Positions 27,212 to 37,218 of a stretch of 64,000 bases of DNA are shown piece after piece. Under the pieces are notes generated by a model. That model did not search any database and had not been told where the DNA came from. It saw nothing but the letters and a program-made list of their open reading frames with translations. The stretch's first letter is position 1; every line of letters begins with the position of its first letter. The position numbers and the translations under genes are program-made. The stretch is from Anaerolineales bacterium (GTDB lineage Bacteria; Chloroflexota; Anaerolineae; Anaerolineales; DRMV01), in the NCBI GenBank assembly GCA_026996855.1, contig JALWJZ010000069.1:31628-95627 (forward strand). The letters are read 5' to 3'.

Positions 27212-30200
27212 ATGCCGACATCTCGAACAACCAACGGAACGGAAGCCGTGACTCGAACAAGCATAACCCCTGTGCAAACCCAAATCCTGCCCAACGCATG
27301 GCATCTACTCCTCCTGGATGCCTTGCGTTTGGTGCCCCAGGCCCAGGCGCTGACTTTGTGGAGCGGACGGCCTGGGGAACCTCTACGTTTTCAGCACGGC
27401 TTGGGTTTTGAGGCCCCACAAGCCTTTCTCCAGGCGCAATTGGAGCCGGACCATCCTGTGGTGCAAGTTGGGAGAACGGACCAATTCCATGTGTGGGACG
27501 AAACCCAAACGTCCCTATGGAAGGACGAAACAGGCCGATGGCGGGCGCGCTTTCGAGAGGCTCAGGGGCCCCAAGAGACGCCTCCTCGTTACACCCTGGC
27601 CGCGCCTTGGCCCTATACCAACACCCTTTTCCTCTTCCACGCCTGGGAAGCGCCCCCCCAGCCGCCAACCCGAGAAGCATGGAACACCTTACTGGAGCGC
27701 TTCCGCTCCCTGGGGGTGACGCTGGCCGCCTGGTCGGATTTCTACAACGCCGTTGGCCGGGCCGTGCGTTACTTCCCCCGCTTGCTGACCACCAAGCCGG
27801 AAGACTTCATGGAAACGGCGCTTCGAGTATTCCGCACCATGCTCCCCTACGACCGAGCCAGTGCCTGGCTGCGGGAAGGGAAAGAAATGGTGGTCAAGGC
27901 CACCGCAGGGGTCTCCCGGGAAGACATTCCCCTGGGCTTACGGGTTTCCCTTGAGGATAGCCGCATTTTGAAACGCCTGGCCGAAACCGGGAAGCCTTTA
28001 TGGCTCCCCACCGGACAGCCCGTCCTGGACGACAGCAGCCCCACTGGGGGAGGCAGTTGGTTAGGCTTGCCTTTGTACGACGCCGAACAGCGGAGCCTGC
28101 AAGGGCTGGTCATCCTGGAAAGGGACATCCCCCACGGCTTCCTGGGCGACGAAATTCGCATCGGTGCCCAATTCGCCCAAACCCTGACGACCTACCTGGA
28201 TTACAACCGCGCCTTCCACACCGCGGCGCAAACGCGCGCCGAACTGACGGCCCGCACGCGACAACTGGAGGCGCTTTATCGCCTTTCCGAAGCCCTGACC
28301 CAGACCCTGGACCCCGTCAGTTTGTGGGAACAAGGGGTGCAGCACCTGCACCGGGCTGTCAATGCCTCCCGCACTTTGGCCTGGGAAGCCGACCCCAAAA
28401 CCCTGCAGTGGCGCGCCCAGGCCCCAGAAGCCACCAACGGCGCGCCCAAGCCCACCCTGGCATCGGAGCACCTGGAGCCGTTGCTGGAATACCTGCGCGA
28501 AGGTCGGGCTTTCCAAACCTGCCGACCCCAGGAAGAAGCCTGGCTGCAACCCCTGTTGGACCTGCTTTCCCAACCCACCGGTACCGTGCTGCTGGTGCCT
28601 GCCGGCCAGGGCGACCAGTTCCAGGGGTTCTTCTGGCTGGAACGGGAGAGGCGCTTCCTGCCCGAGGAAATCGCGCTGGCTCAGGTCATGGCCCGGCACA
28701 TCGGCACCGCGTTGCACAATGCGCACCTGTTCCAGGTGGCCCAGCGGCTGACCCAAGAACTGGAAAACCGCATTCGCGAGCGCACCCAGGCCCTGCAACG
28801 GGAACAACAACGCGCCCAACTTCTGGCCCGGGTGTTCGCCGAACTGGCCGGCGCCCTGGACCTGGAACAAATTCTCAACCGTACCCTGGAAGCCCTGCTG
28901 GACGGCCTGAACCTGCAGCAGGCCTTGGTGGTGGTGGCCCGGCCCGACGAGCCGAACCTCTTCTGGCGGGCCGGTCGAGGGCGTCGCCAACCCAAATACG
29001 GCGGCGAAGCCACCACCATTCCCCTGAACGACCCCGTGGCCCAGGTCCTTTTGACCAAACGCACCCCCATGGTCATTCCCGATACCGACGCCTACGGCGA
29101 AGACCTCTCGGCCTGGTGGGACTACCTGGGCCAGAAGTACCGGAGCCTCATTGCGGTTCCTTTGCTGGTAGGCGCGGAAAGCCTGGGCGGCCTGGTGCTT
29201 CTACGGGACCGGCCCGGCGAATGGGACCCCGACGACGTGGACATGCTTCAGACTATCGGTATGCAGATGGCCACGGCCATCCAGAACGCGGAACTCTTCA
29301 ACATCATTCAAGAACAGGCCCAGAACCTGGGTGCCCTCTTCCGCCAGCAACAAATCGAAGCCCAGCGGGCCAAAGCCATATTGGAAGCCGTGGCCGACGG
29401 CATCCTGGTCACCGATGCCCGCATGCGCATCACCCTGCTGAACCCCTCGGCCGAACGACTGTTGGGCATTCAGGCCTCCCAGGTGCTGGGTAAACCCCTG
29501 GAGCACTTTCGCGGGCTTTTCGGCTCCGCGGGCGCCCGCTGGCTGGAAAACATCCAGCGCTGGTCCCAAGCGCCGGAAAACCTGGAAGAGGCCGTGGCCG
29601 AATCGCAAATCGAAATGGAGGACGGTCGGGTGCTTTCGGTGCGTTTGGCGCCCGTGTTCCTCCACAACGAATTCCTGGGCACGGTGTCGGTGATTCGCGA
29701 CATCACCCAGCACATCGAGATTGACCGCATGAAATCTGCGTTCGTGGCCAACGTAAGCCACGAACTCCGCACCCCCCTGACCGCCATCAAAGGCTACGCG
29801 GAAATCCTCCTGAAGGGACGGGTCGGTGAACTGGACGAACGCCAGCGCAAATTCCTGAACATCATCCACCGCCACACCGAGCGCCTCATCGTGCTGGTCA
29901 ACGACCTGCTGGACCTCTCCCGACTGGAAGCCGGACGCGTTCGCCTGCATCCAGAACAGGTAGACCTGCGAGAACTTATCCGAGACACGATGCGGGATTT
30001 CCGCCAAAAGGTAAAGAAAGACGGCCGGGACCTGACCCTGACATACGAAATACCCGAGGACCTGCCCCCGGTGTACGCCGACGTCAAACGCACCGCGCAA
30101 ATCCTGAACAACCTCGTCGAAAACGCCATTCGCTATACCCCCGACGGCGGTTCGGTACACGTTCGGGCCCGGGTCACCGAAGACGGCCAGTTCGTGGAAG

Positions 30201-30460
30201 TCGCGGTCAAGGACACCGGCGTGGGCATTCCCCCCGAAGAACAGGACCGGGTTTTCGAACGCTTTTACCGAGGGCAAAACACCCTGGTCATGGAAACCCC
30301 GGGTACGGGCTTGGGGCTTTCCATCGTGAAACAACTGGTGGAAATGCAAGGCGGCCGCATCTGGCTGGAAAGCACGGGCGTGCCGGGCGAAGGCACCACC
30401 TTTTACTTTACCCTGCCCGTGTTCACCGGTCAGGAGCCCCTGCCGGAAAGTTGGACGTAG
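27212..30460 (+). CDS. multi-GAF/PAS sensor histidine kinase
   Basis: The C-terminus has the H-box SHELRTPLTAIKGYAEIL and the N, G1 and G2 boxes (NLVENAIRYT, DTGVGI, GTGLGLSIV). The upstream part has repeated GAF-like and one PAS-like segment. The start is uncertain (27131 or 27212). Confidence 0.85.
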   Translation: MPTSRTTNGTEAVTRTSITPVQTQILPNAWHLLLLDALRLVPQAQALTLWSGRPGEPLRFQHGLGFEAPQAFLQAQLEPDHPVVQVGRTDQFHVWDETQTSLWKDETGRWRARFREAQGPQETPPRYTLAAPWPYTNTLFLFHAWEAPPQPPTREAWNTLLERFRSLGVTLAAWSDFYNAVGRAVRYFPRLLTTKPEDFMETALRVFRTMLPYDRASAWLREGKEMVVKATAGVSREDIPLGLRVSLEDSRILKRLAETGKPLWLPTGQPVLDDSSPTGGGSWLGLPLYDAEQRSLQGLVILERDIPHGFLGDEIRIGAQFAQTLTTYLDYNRAFHTAAQTRAELTARTRQLEALYRLSEALTQTLDPVSLWEQGVQHLHRAVNASRTLAWEADPKTLQWRAQAPEATNGAPKPTLASEHLEPLLEYLREGRAFQTCRPQEEAWLQPLLDLLSQPTGTVLLVPAGQGDQFQGFFWLERERRFLPEEIALAQVMARHIGTALHNAHLFQVAQRLTQELENRIRERTQALQREQQRAQLLARVFAELAGALDLEQILNRTLEALLDGLNLQQALVVVARPDEPNLFWRAGRGRRQPKYGGEATTIPLNDPVAQVLLTKRTPMVIPDTDAYGEDLSAWWDYLGQKYRSLIAVPLLVGAESLGGLVLLRDRPGEWDPDDVDMLQTIGMQMATAIQNAELFNIIQEQAQNLGALFRQQQIEAQRAKAILEAVADGILVTDARMRITLLNPSAERLLGIQASQVLGKPLEHFRGLFGSAGARWLENIQRWSQAPENLEEAVAESQIEMEDGRVLSVRLAPVFLHNEFLGTVSVIRDITQHIEIDRMKSAFVANVSHELRTPLTAIKGYAEILLKGRVGELDERQRKFLNIIHRHTERLIVLVNDLLDLSRLEAGRVRLHPEQVDLRELIRDTMRDFRQKVKKDGRDLTLTYEIPEDLPPVYADVKRTAQILNNLVENAIRYTPDGGSVHVRARVTEDGQFVEVAVKDTGVGIPPEEQDRVFERFYRGQNTLVMETPGTGLGLSIVKQLVEMQGGRIWLESTGVPGEGTTFYFTLPVFTGQEPLPESWT

Positions 30461-30496
30461 CGTTCTCCTCAGTATGGACGTAGACCGAGGAGCGTC

Positions 30497-30868
30497 ATGG
30501 CCACAATCGTACTCGCCGAAGACGAGCAGGACATCCGCGATCTCCTGGTCTTTCTCCTGGAGATGGAAGGGCACCAGGTCGTAGCCGTACCCGATGGAAG
30601 GCAGGCGGTCCAGGCCGTGCAACAAACCAAACCGGACCTGGTCATTCTGGACGTGCGCATGCCTTTCATGGACGGTTACGAAGCCTGCCGGGTGCTGAAG
30701 GCCGACGCCGAGACGAAGGACATCCCCATCATTTTCCTCTCCGCCCGGGGGCAGGAGAGCGAAATTCAGACCGGGCTGGAATTGGGAGCCGAGAAATACA
30801 TCGTCAAACCGTTTTCGCCGGACGAATTTCTGCGGGAAATCGCGCCTTACGTGAATACGCAATCATGA
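30497..30868 (+). CDS. single-domain CheY-like response regulator
   Basis: VLAEDEQDIRDLL...DLVILDVRMPFMDG...IIFLSA...KPF. Confidence 0.85.
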   Translation: MATIVLAEDEQDIRDLLVFLLEMEGHQVVAVPDGRQAVQAVQQTKPDLVILDVRMPFMDGYEACRVLKADAETKDIPIIFLSARGQESEIQTGLELGAEKYIVKPFSPDEFLREIAPYVNTQS

Positions 30869-31680
30869 GCGCCATTCTCTTGGACAACGGTTCTCTGCTA
30901 CACTACGAAGTGATGGGGCGAGGGCGTCCCCCGGTCCTCTTCCTGCATTCCTGGTTGGGTTCCTGGCGGTATTGGCTATTGAGCATGGAAGAGGCCGCCC
31001 TACACCGCCGGGCTTATGCCGTGGACCTGCCCGGTTACGGGGGGAGCGTGGCCCTGGACCCCAGCACCAAGGAGTTCCACGTCGAACAAGCCCTGGATGC
31101 GGTGCTGTTCTTCCTCAACACCCTGGGGGTGGACCGAGTCATCCTGGTGGGCCACGGGTTGGGTGGCCTGCTGGCGCTGGAAATGGCCCGGCGGCACCCG
31201 CACCGAGTGGACCGGTTGTTGACCGTATCCCTGCCTTGGAATGGGGTGCTCATGACCCGCTGGCAACGGTCCACTCCCCGGCAATTGGCAGGCAAACTGT
31301 TCGTACAAACCAAAGGCGGAGACGAACTCGAGGTCGCCCGCCAGGAAGTGGAGAACACCAACGAAGAGGTCTTCCGCCAGAGCATGGCCTGGGCCGAGAC
31401 GTACTGGAGCATGTTCCCCGGGGCTACGCTGCCCCAGCCCTGGCTGCTCCTTTACGGGGAAAAGGACCCCCTGGTCCCCCCGCCCCCGATGGAGAAACAA
31501 GCCCAGTTGCCCCAGGCCGCGCAACGGCACATCCTGGTCGTTCCGCAAACGGGGCACTTCCCCATGTTGGAACAACCCCGACCTTTCCACCGGGTGCTGC
31601 GGGCCTTCCTGGCCATGACACCGGAACAAGACCTGACCCAACTGCGCCTGCGGGAGGAATGGCAACGCCGCGTTCGCTAA
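30865..31680 (+). CDS. alpha/beta-fold hydrolase
   Basis: PVLFLHSWLGS...ILVGHGLGGLLA (GxGxG in place of the GxSxG nucleophile elbow)...GHFPMLEQP. Confidence 0.7.
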   Translation: MSAILLDNGSLLHYEVMGRGRPPVLFLHSWLGSWRYWLLSMEEAALHRRAYAVDLPGYGGSVALDPSTKEFHVEQALDAVLFFLNTLGVDRVILVGHGLGGLLALEMARRHPHRVDRLLTVSLPWNGVLMTRWQRSTPRQLAGKLFVQTKGGDELEVARQEVENTNEEVFRQSMAWAETYWSMFPGATLPQPWLLLYGEKDPLVPPPPMEKQAQLPQAAQRHILVVPQTGHFPMLEQPRPFHRVLRAFLAMTPEQDLTQLRLREEWQRRVR

Positions 31681-32534
31681 CCCCAACGCCCCGGCCTTTG
31701 CGCGGAAGGCCGGCCTTTCCCTTCTGGTGGCTTGCGTTGTTGCTCCTGGCATGGTGGCGGCCCACATCCCCGGGCTGGCCTCCGTTGTGCTTATGGCTGG
31801 GAGGACACATCGAACGGGTTTACATCCCGCTATCAACGGGTGAAAATCTCCCGGGGCGGGTTTACCTGCCGCCCTGCTATGACCAAAACCCTACACGGAG
31901 GTATCCCCTACTCCTTCTCTTGCACGGGCAGGGTTACACCGACAGCCAATGGGACTACCTGGGCCTGGACGAAACGGCCGACCGTCTTATCCCATCCCGG
32001 CGCCTGCCCCCCTTTGTGGCTTTCATGCCCCGGGAAACCACCTGGGACCTGCCCCCCCAGGCCGATTTCGACCGAATCCTGGTGCAGGAGGCCCTCCCCT
32101 GGCTGGAAAACCGTTACCGCCTGCGCGCCCGGCCGCGCTATCGGGCTGTGGGCGGTATCTCCCGAGGGGGTGCGTGGGCCTTGCGCCTGGGCCTGATGCA
32201 CTGGCAAATCTTCGGTGCCGTAGGCGGCCATAGCGCGCCCCTTTTTGCCGGCGACGGCATTCGGGTCCACCGCTGGTTGGACGCCATTCCCCAAGGCCGC
32301 TGGCCGCGGATTTATCTCGACATCGGTGATGCCGACCAGGCATCCATTTTGAAAAGCATACAAGATTTGGAACGTTTGTTGGCCCAGCGGGGCATCCCCC
32401 ATGTATGGCGCTTCAACGTAGGCCGGCACGACGATGTATACTGGCAGCGCCATTTACCCGAATACTTACGCTGGTACACCTGCTCGTGGGGAGCAACGGA
32501 AACATCATGCCCGGGCGAACAGATTCCGCCTTGA
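31659..32534 (+). CDS. putative esterase (esterase D / enterochelin-esterase-like)
   Basis: YPLLLLLHGQGYTDSQW...GGISRGGAWAL...GGHS...D.GD.D is the family pattern. An N-terminal TM/signal segment is present. The internal ATG at 31659 follows GGGAGG. Confidence 0.65.
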   Translation: MATPRSLTPTPRPLRGRPAFPFWWLALLLLAWWRPTSPGWPPLCLWLGGHIERVYIPLSTGENLPGRVYLPPCYDQNPTRRYPLLLLLHGQGYTDSQWDYLGLDETADRLIPSRRLPPFVAFMPRETTWDLPPQADFDRILVQEALPWLENRYRLRARPRYRAVGGISRGGAWALRLGLMHWQIFGAVGGHSAPLFAGDGIRVHRWLDAIPQGRWPRIYLDIGDADQASILKSIQDLERLLAQRGIPHVWRFNVGRHDDVYWQRHLPEYLRWYTCSWGATETSCPGEQIPP

Positions 32535-32733
32535 AAGGGAAGGAGAAGCCTGACCCCAAATACACGAAAAGGCTGAAGCGTCCTCGGGCCGTGGGTGTTG
32601 AGTTTTACCAGCAACGGAAAAGGTTTTACGGTAGAATGAGGAGACCATGAAAGCGTGCATTCAACTCCTTTCCGTGAAACCACGTGCGAACATGTGGTAA
32701 CTTTTGCATACCGTCCCATTGGGGAGGGACCAG

Positions 32734-33390
32734 ATGAGTGTGGATGTGGAAACCCGAATCTCCCAAGTGGAACAGGCCGTTTTGCAACTTACGGCCCGCA
32801 TGGAGGAATTCTTTGAAAGACTGGAACGCGCCCTGGAAAAAGAACGCCAGGAGCGTCAACGATCCCTGGAAGAGGAGCGCCGGGCGCGCCAACAGGCTTT
32901 GGAAGAGGAGCGCCGGGAGCGGGAACGCCAAATTCGCGAAATGAACCGACAATGGGGCCATTTGGCTGCTAAATACGGAACTCTGGTGGAAGACCTGCTT
33001 TCCCCCAGCACGCCCTACGTGGTAGAAACCGTGTTCGGCTGTTCCCGGGAAAACATCCTGGAGCAGGCCGAACGGGTGCGCAGACGCAAACAAGGCCGGA
33101 GCATGGAATTCGACGTGCTGGTCGTGTGTCCGGACTTCGTGCTCATCATGGAAATCAAGAGCCAGGGGCGGGCCGAATACGTGAAGGCTTTCGTGGAGAA
33201 GATGAAGCAAGCCCGGGATTTTCTTCCAGAGGAATACCGGGCGCTGCCCATTTACGGGGCTTTCGCCGCACCGCACCTGGATGCCGATGTCATTGCCTTT
33301 GGGGAACGGCAGGGGTTAATCATGCTGGCCGTGGGCCTGCCGCTTTTGGAGGTCAAGAACTCCCCCGGCTTTCAACCCAAAGCCTTTTGA
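32734..33390 (+). CDS. coiled-coil (DUF3782-like) plus PD-(D/E)XK-like nuclease-fold protein
   Basis: The N-terminus is E/R-rich coiled coil (EKERQERQRSLEEERRARQQALEEERRERERQIREM). The C-terminus has EFDVLVV...VLIMEIKS, compatible with a D...ExK motif. Confidence 0.5.
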   Translation: MSVDVETRISQVEQAVLQLTARMEEFFERLERALEKERQERQRSLEEERRARQQALEEERRERERQIREMNRQWGHLAAKYGTLVEDLLSPSTPYVVETVFGCSRENILEQAERVRRRKQGRSMEFDVLVVCPDFVLIMEIKSQGRAEYVKAFVEKMKQARDFLPEEYRALPIYGAFAAPHLDADVIAFGERQGLIMLAVGLPLLEVKNSPGFQPKAF

Positions 33391-33436
33391 GCGGGAATCG
33401 AAGAAACAAAACGGCAATCACCCAGGAGGGCACGCC

Positions 33437-33877
33437 ATGGCCGTTTCGGACCGTAGAATGCGGCGGATACAAGAACGCATCAAGGAAGAACTTTCAGAAA
33501 TTCTGCTTTATGAAGTGGCCGATCCGCGCCTCCAAGGGGTGACGGTCACCGATGTGGAGGTGGACCGAGAATTAGCCTACGCAGACATTTACGTCTCTTC
33601 CCTGGAAAGCGAACGCAAGCGGGAAATCCTGGAAGGTTTCGAACGGGCCAAGGGGTTCTTGCGTACCCTGCTGGCCCAGCGCATTCCCATGCGCACCTTC
33701 CCGCGGTTGCGCTTCCATTGGGACGACACCCCGGAACGCGCGGCCCGGCTGGAGCGACTTTTCGAACTGCTGAAAGCAGAACGAGAACAGCGCATGAAGG
33801 AGATGGCAGCCCCGTCCGGAGATGAAGCCGAAACCGCTTCATCGGAAGAAGGAGAAACTCAGGAGATGCCATCGTAG
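33437..33877 (+). CDS. rbfA: ribosome-binding factor A
   Basis: RIQERIKEELSEILLYEVADPRLQGVTVTDVEVDRELAYADIYVS...LLAQRIPMRTFPRLRFHWD. Confidence 0.9.
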   Translation: MAVSDRRMRRIQERIKEELSEILLYEVADPRLQGVTVTDVEVDRELAYADIYVSSLESERKREILEGFERAKGFLRTLLAQRIPMRTFPRLRFHWDDTPERAARLERLFELLKAEREQRMKEMAAPSGDEAETASSEEGETQEMPS

Positions 33878-34099
33878 AGGCATCCTTTCCCAGACCTTTC
33901 GAGTCCGAAGAAGGAGCGCGCAAACCCCGAATTCTTGAGTTCGGCGAAGGAAAGAAGGCCCGCTTTCGCGACCCTTCTTTGCCCATGAAAACACAGCGAA
34001 ATTGCGTGTTCCTTTGCCCTTTGTGTGCGTAGAATGGAACATTCGAAAGGGGTGGGCTACAAAGCCACAAACCAACAACGACTTCATCGGGAGAAAAGC

Positions 34100-35101
34100 A
34101 TGACCGAAGACATGCACAATATGATTGCCGGCCGTCTGGCCAAAGCCCAGCGCTTTGCAGTGGTCTCCCACATCAACCCTGATGGCGACGCGGTCGGCTC
34201 GGTGCTGGGTATGGGCCTGGCCCTGGAACAGGCGGGGAAACAAGTCTGGATGGCCTTGTGCCACGGCGTCCCTCCCGATTTCCGCTTCCTCCCCGGAGCC
34301 GAGCGCATCGGCCTGGCCATACCAGAAGACGTGCCCATCGACATGGTCATTGCGGTGGACGCCGGCGACCGAGAACGCCTGGGATCGGCCCTGCCCGCCG
34401 ACTGGCGCGTTGACCTGAACATCGACCACCACGCGACCAACACCCACTACGGCCTTTTGAACGTGGTCGAACCCGACGCGCCCTCCACCACCTCCATCCT
34501 GGCCCGCTATCTCCCCCGCTGGGGACTGCCCCTTTCCACCGAGGTGGCCACCGCCCTCCTCACCGGCCTCCTCACCGATACGCTGGGCTTCCGCACCGAA
34601 AGCGTCACCCCCGACACCCTGCGCCTGGCCGCAAGCCTTATGGAAAAGGGCGCGCCGCTGAGCACCCTTTACTACGAAACCATGGTGGCCAAATCCTTTG
34701 CCGCGCTCCGCTATTGGGGCTTTGGCCTTTCCCGAATGCAGCGGGATGGCGCGCTGGTTTGGAGCTACGTCACCCAGGCGGACCGGGACGCAGCCGGGTA
34801 CAAAATGGAAGACGACGCCGACCTGGTGAACCGGCTCATCACCGCGCGAGAAGCCCAAGTGGCCCTCATTTTCGTAGAGCGAAGCGGGCCTCGGGTGAAG
34901 ATGAGTTGGCGGGCCAAAGCCGGGTGGGATGTCAGCCATCTGGCCCGTCAGTTCGGCGGTGGCGGCCACGCCGCGGCCGCGGGCGCAATTCTTCCGGGAA
35001 CCCTGGAAGAGGTCATGCCTCGCGTATTGCAGGCCACCCGAGACTTCGTGCAACGCCACCTGGAACAGGTACAAAGCCCAACCCCGGTTACCCAGGTCTG
35101 A
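34100..35101 (+). CDS. nrnA: DHH/DHHA1 phosphoesterase NrnA (oligoribonuclease / pAp phosphatase)
   Basis: VVSHINPDGDAVGS, DAGD, NIDHH and a C-terminal GGGH (FGGGGHAAAAG). Confidence 0.85.
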   Translation: MTEDMHNMIAGRLAKAQRFAVVSHINPDGDAVGSVLGMGLALEQAGKQVWMALCHGVPPDFRFLPGAERIGLAIPEDVPIDMVIAVDAGDRERLGSALPADWRVDLNIDHHATNTHYGLLNVVEPDAPSTTSILARYLPRWGLPLSTEVATALLTGLLTDTLGFRTESVTPDTLRLAASLMEKGAPLSTLYYETMVAKSFAALRYWGFGLSRMQRDGALVWSYVTQADRDAAGYKMEDDADLVNRLITAREAQVALIFVERSGPRVKMSWRAKAGWDVSHLARQFGGGGHAAAAGAILPGTLEEVMPRVLQATRDFVQRHLEQVQSPTPVTQV

Positions 35102-35167
35102 GACTTGCTTCAGAAAGGCAGCCAAAGCGCCTTCGAATTCACTTTCGTAACGTCATGGGAGGATGCG

Positions 35168-36169
35168 ATGATGCACTACGAAAACCCCCACTACCACCCC
35201 GATAGAGGACACAACGGCCATCACAAACGACGCCGAGGGCGCAAACGCCGTCCGTATCGACCCTCGCCTCGCGATTGGGTTTCCGGTGTCCTGGTGGTGG
35301 ACAAACCGGCCGGCATGACCTCCCACCAGGTGGTGCAGGAAATTCGTCGCGGCACGGGCATTCGTCGAGCCGGACACACCGGAACCCTGGACCCCCGGGC
35401 CTCGGGCGTGCTGGTCATTCTATTGGGGCCGGCAGTACGCCTGAGTGAATGGGTGGCCTCCTCGGACAAGCGTTACCTGGCCACCATCCGCCTGGGCGAG
35501 GTCCGCGACACCTACGACGCGGAAGGTCGGGTACTGGAGACCCATCCCTGGGAACACATCACCGAAGAACGCCTGCGAGAGATCCTCAAGAGTTTTGAAG
35601 GGGAAATCGAGCAGGTGCCTCCGGCCTACTCCGCGGTGCGGGTGCAGGGCAAACGGGCCTACGACCTGGCCCGAGAGGGCAAACCCGTGGACCTGAAACC
35701 CCGCAAAATCAAAGTGTACAAACTGGACCTGCTGGAGTGGGAACCGCCCGACTTAGTGGTGGACGTGCATTGCTCTTCGGGCACGTACGTACGCTCCCTG
35801 GCCCACGACCTGGGCCAGAAATTGGGCACCGGCGCGTACCTGTTGGGCTTACGTCGTACCCAAAGCGGTCGCTTCACCCTTCGGGATGCCGTGCCCTTGA
35901 GCCGTCTGCAACAGGCTTTCCTGGAAGGCGACTGGTATCGCTTCGTGCTCCCCGCGGCCGATGCCCTTCCTCCGGATTGGCCCACCGTGACCCTGGACAG
36001 CGACCAGGTGGAAAAAGTCCGCCACGGGCATCGGGTACCGGCACCCGAACCCTATGAACCCGGGCAACTGGTGCGGGCCCTCTCGGAGCAGGGAGACCTG
36101 GTGGCCGTCATGCAGTACGTGCCCGAAACGGGCGAACTGCAACCCAAGAAGGTCTTTCTGCCTTCGTAA
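35168..36169 (+). CDS. truB: tRNA pseudouridine-55 synthase TruB with a basic, His-rich N-terminal extension
   Basis: GVLVVDKPAGMTSHQVV...GHTGTLDPRASGVLVILLG carries the catalytic Asp motif. About 35 extra N-terminal residues are present (MMHYENPHYHPDRGHNGHHKRRRGRKRRPY). Confidence 0.9.
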   Translation: MMHYENPHYHPDRGHNGHHKRRRGRKRRPYRPSPRDWVSGVLVVDKPAGMTSHQVVQEIRRGTGIRRAGHTGTLDPRASGVLVILLGPAVRLSEWVASSDKRYLATIRLGEVRDTYDAEGRVLETHPWEHITEERLREILKSFEGEIEQVPPAYSAVRVQGKRAYDLAREGKPVDLKPRKIKVYKLDLLEWEPPDLVVDVHCSSGTYVRSLAHDLGQKLGTGAYLLGLRRTQSGRFTLRDAVPLSRLQQAFLEGDWYRFVLPAADALPPDWPTVTLDSDQVEKVRHGHRVPAPEPYEPGQLVRALSEQGDLVAVMQYVPETGELQPKKVFLPS

Positions 36170-36258
36170 CGGCCTCATCCCCTGACCGGGAAAGGGACCT
36201 TCAGGGCCGAAGACAGGCGCGGGGAACCCCTTTCACCAACCACCGCAAAGGATGGCAC

Positions 36259-37218
36259 ATGCGCGTGTTGCATCGCTTGGACGACCTGGCCTTCCCGCGC
36301 TCCTGGGTAACCGTGGGCGGCTTCGACGGCGTGCATCGCGGTCATCAGGCCCTCATCCGGCGCACCGTGGAGGGTGCCCAGCGGGAACAGGCCCTGGCCG
36401 TGGTGGTCACCTTCGACCCGCTCCCGGCTGTGTTCTTCCGCCGCCGACCGGCCCGGTATCTGACGCCTTTACGGGAAAAACTCCCTCTGCTGGAAGCCCT
36501 GGGGGTAGACGTTGCCCTGATACTGACCTTCGACCAACGCCTGGCCGAGACGCCGGCCCGAGTTTTCCTCCAAGCCTTGCGACAACGCTTGGGCATGGCC
36601 ACCCTGGTAGCAGGCCCTTACCTCACCTTGGGGCGAAACCGAGAAGGTACCGTGGAACGCATTCAGGCCTGGGCCCCGGTCCTGGACTTTCGGGTGGAAA
36701 TGGTCGAACCCGTCCGGTTGAACGGGGAACGCATCTCCGCCAGTCTGGTTCGGAACCTGTTGGCCCAGGGTCGGGTAGACAAAGCCGCGACCTGCCTGGG
36801 GCGCTGGTACACCCTCACCGGCCCGGTCCGTCCGGGTGCCAGGCGAGGACAGCGCCTGGGGTTCCCCACGGCCAACGTGCTTCCTCCCCGGGACAAATGG
36901 CTTCCTGCCCAAGGCGTCTACGCCGGGTGGACCACCTGGGAAGGGGCGGACCAATGGCACCCGGCGGTGGCCAATCTGGGCCATCGGCCCACCTTCGACG
37001 GCAACGGCCGGCCCCTGTTAGAAGTGCACCTTCTGGAATGGGCCGGCACCCTTTACCACAAGCGTCTGACCTTCGCCTTCGTGCAACACATACGAGGTGA
37101 ACGGCGTTTTCCTTCGGTCCAAGCCCTGCGCGCTCAAATCGCTCGGGATGTCCAGACGGCCCAGGAGGTGTTGCGTCATGCAGCCCAGCCTGCGAGTATA
37201 CGCCCTCTCCACCCGTGA
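36259..37218 (+). CDS. ribF: bifunctional riboflavin kinase / FMN adenylyltransferase
   Basis: TVGGFDGVHRGHQALI...(FAD synthetase); GFPTANV...GVYAG...PTF...LEVHLLEW (riboflavin kinase). Confidence 0.9.
   Translation: MRVLHRLDDLAFPRSWVTVGGFDGVHRGHQALIRRTVEGAQREQALAVVVTFDPLPAVFFRRRPARYLTPLREKLPLLEALGVDVALILTFDQRLAETPARVFLQALRQRLGMATLVAGPYLTLGRNREGTVERIQAWAPVLDFRVEMVEPVRLNGERISASLVRNLLAQGRVDKAATCLGRWYTLTGPVRPGARRGQRLGFPTANVLPPRDKWLPAQGVYAGWTTWEGADQWHPAVANLGHRPTFDGNGRPLLEVHLLEWAGTLYHKRLTFAFVQHIRGERRFPSVQALRAQIARDVQTAQEVLRHAAQPASIRPLHP

Noticed and set aside
32640-32700. Small hairpin ACCACGTG-CGAA-CATGTGGT and a TAGAAT box upstream of the DUF3782-like gene, considered as an sRNA or promoter.
   Set aside because: An 8-bp stem with one wobble and an isolated -10-like hexamer without a convincing -35 is too weak to report.
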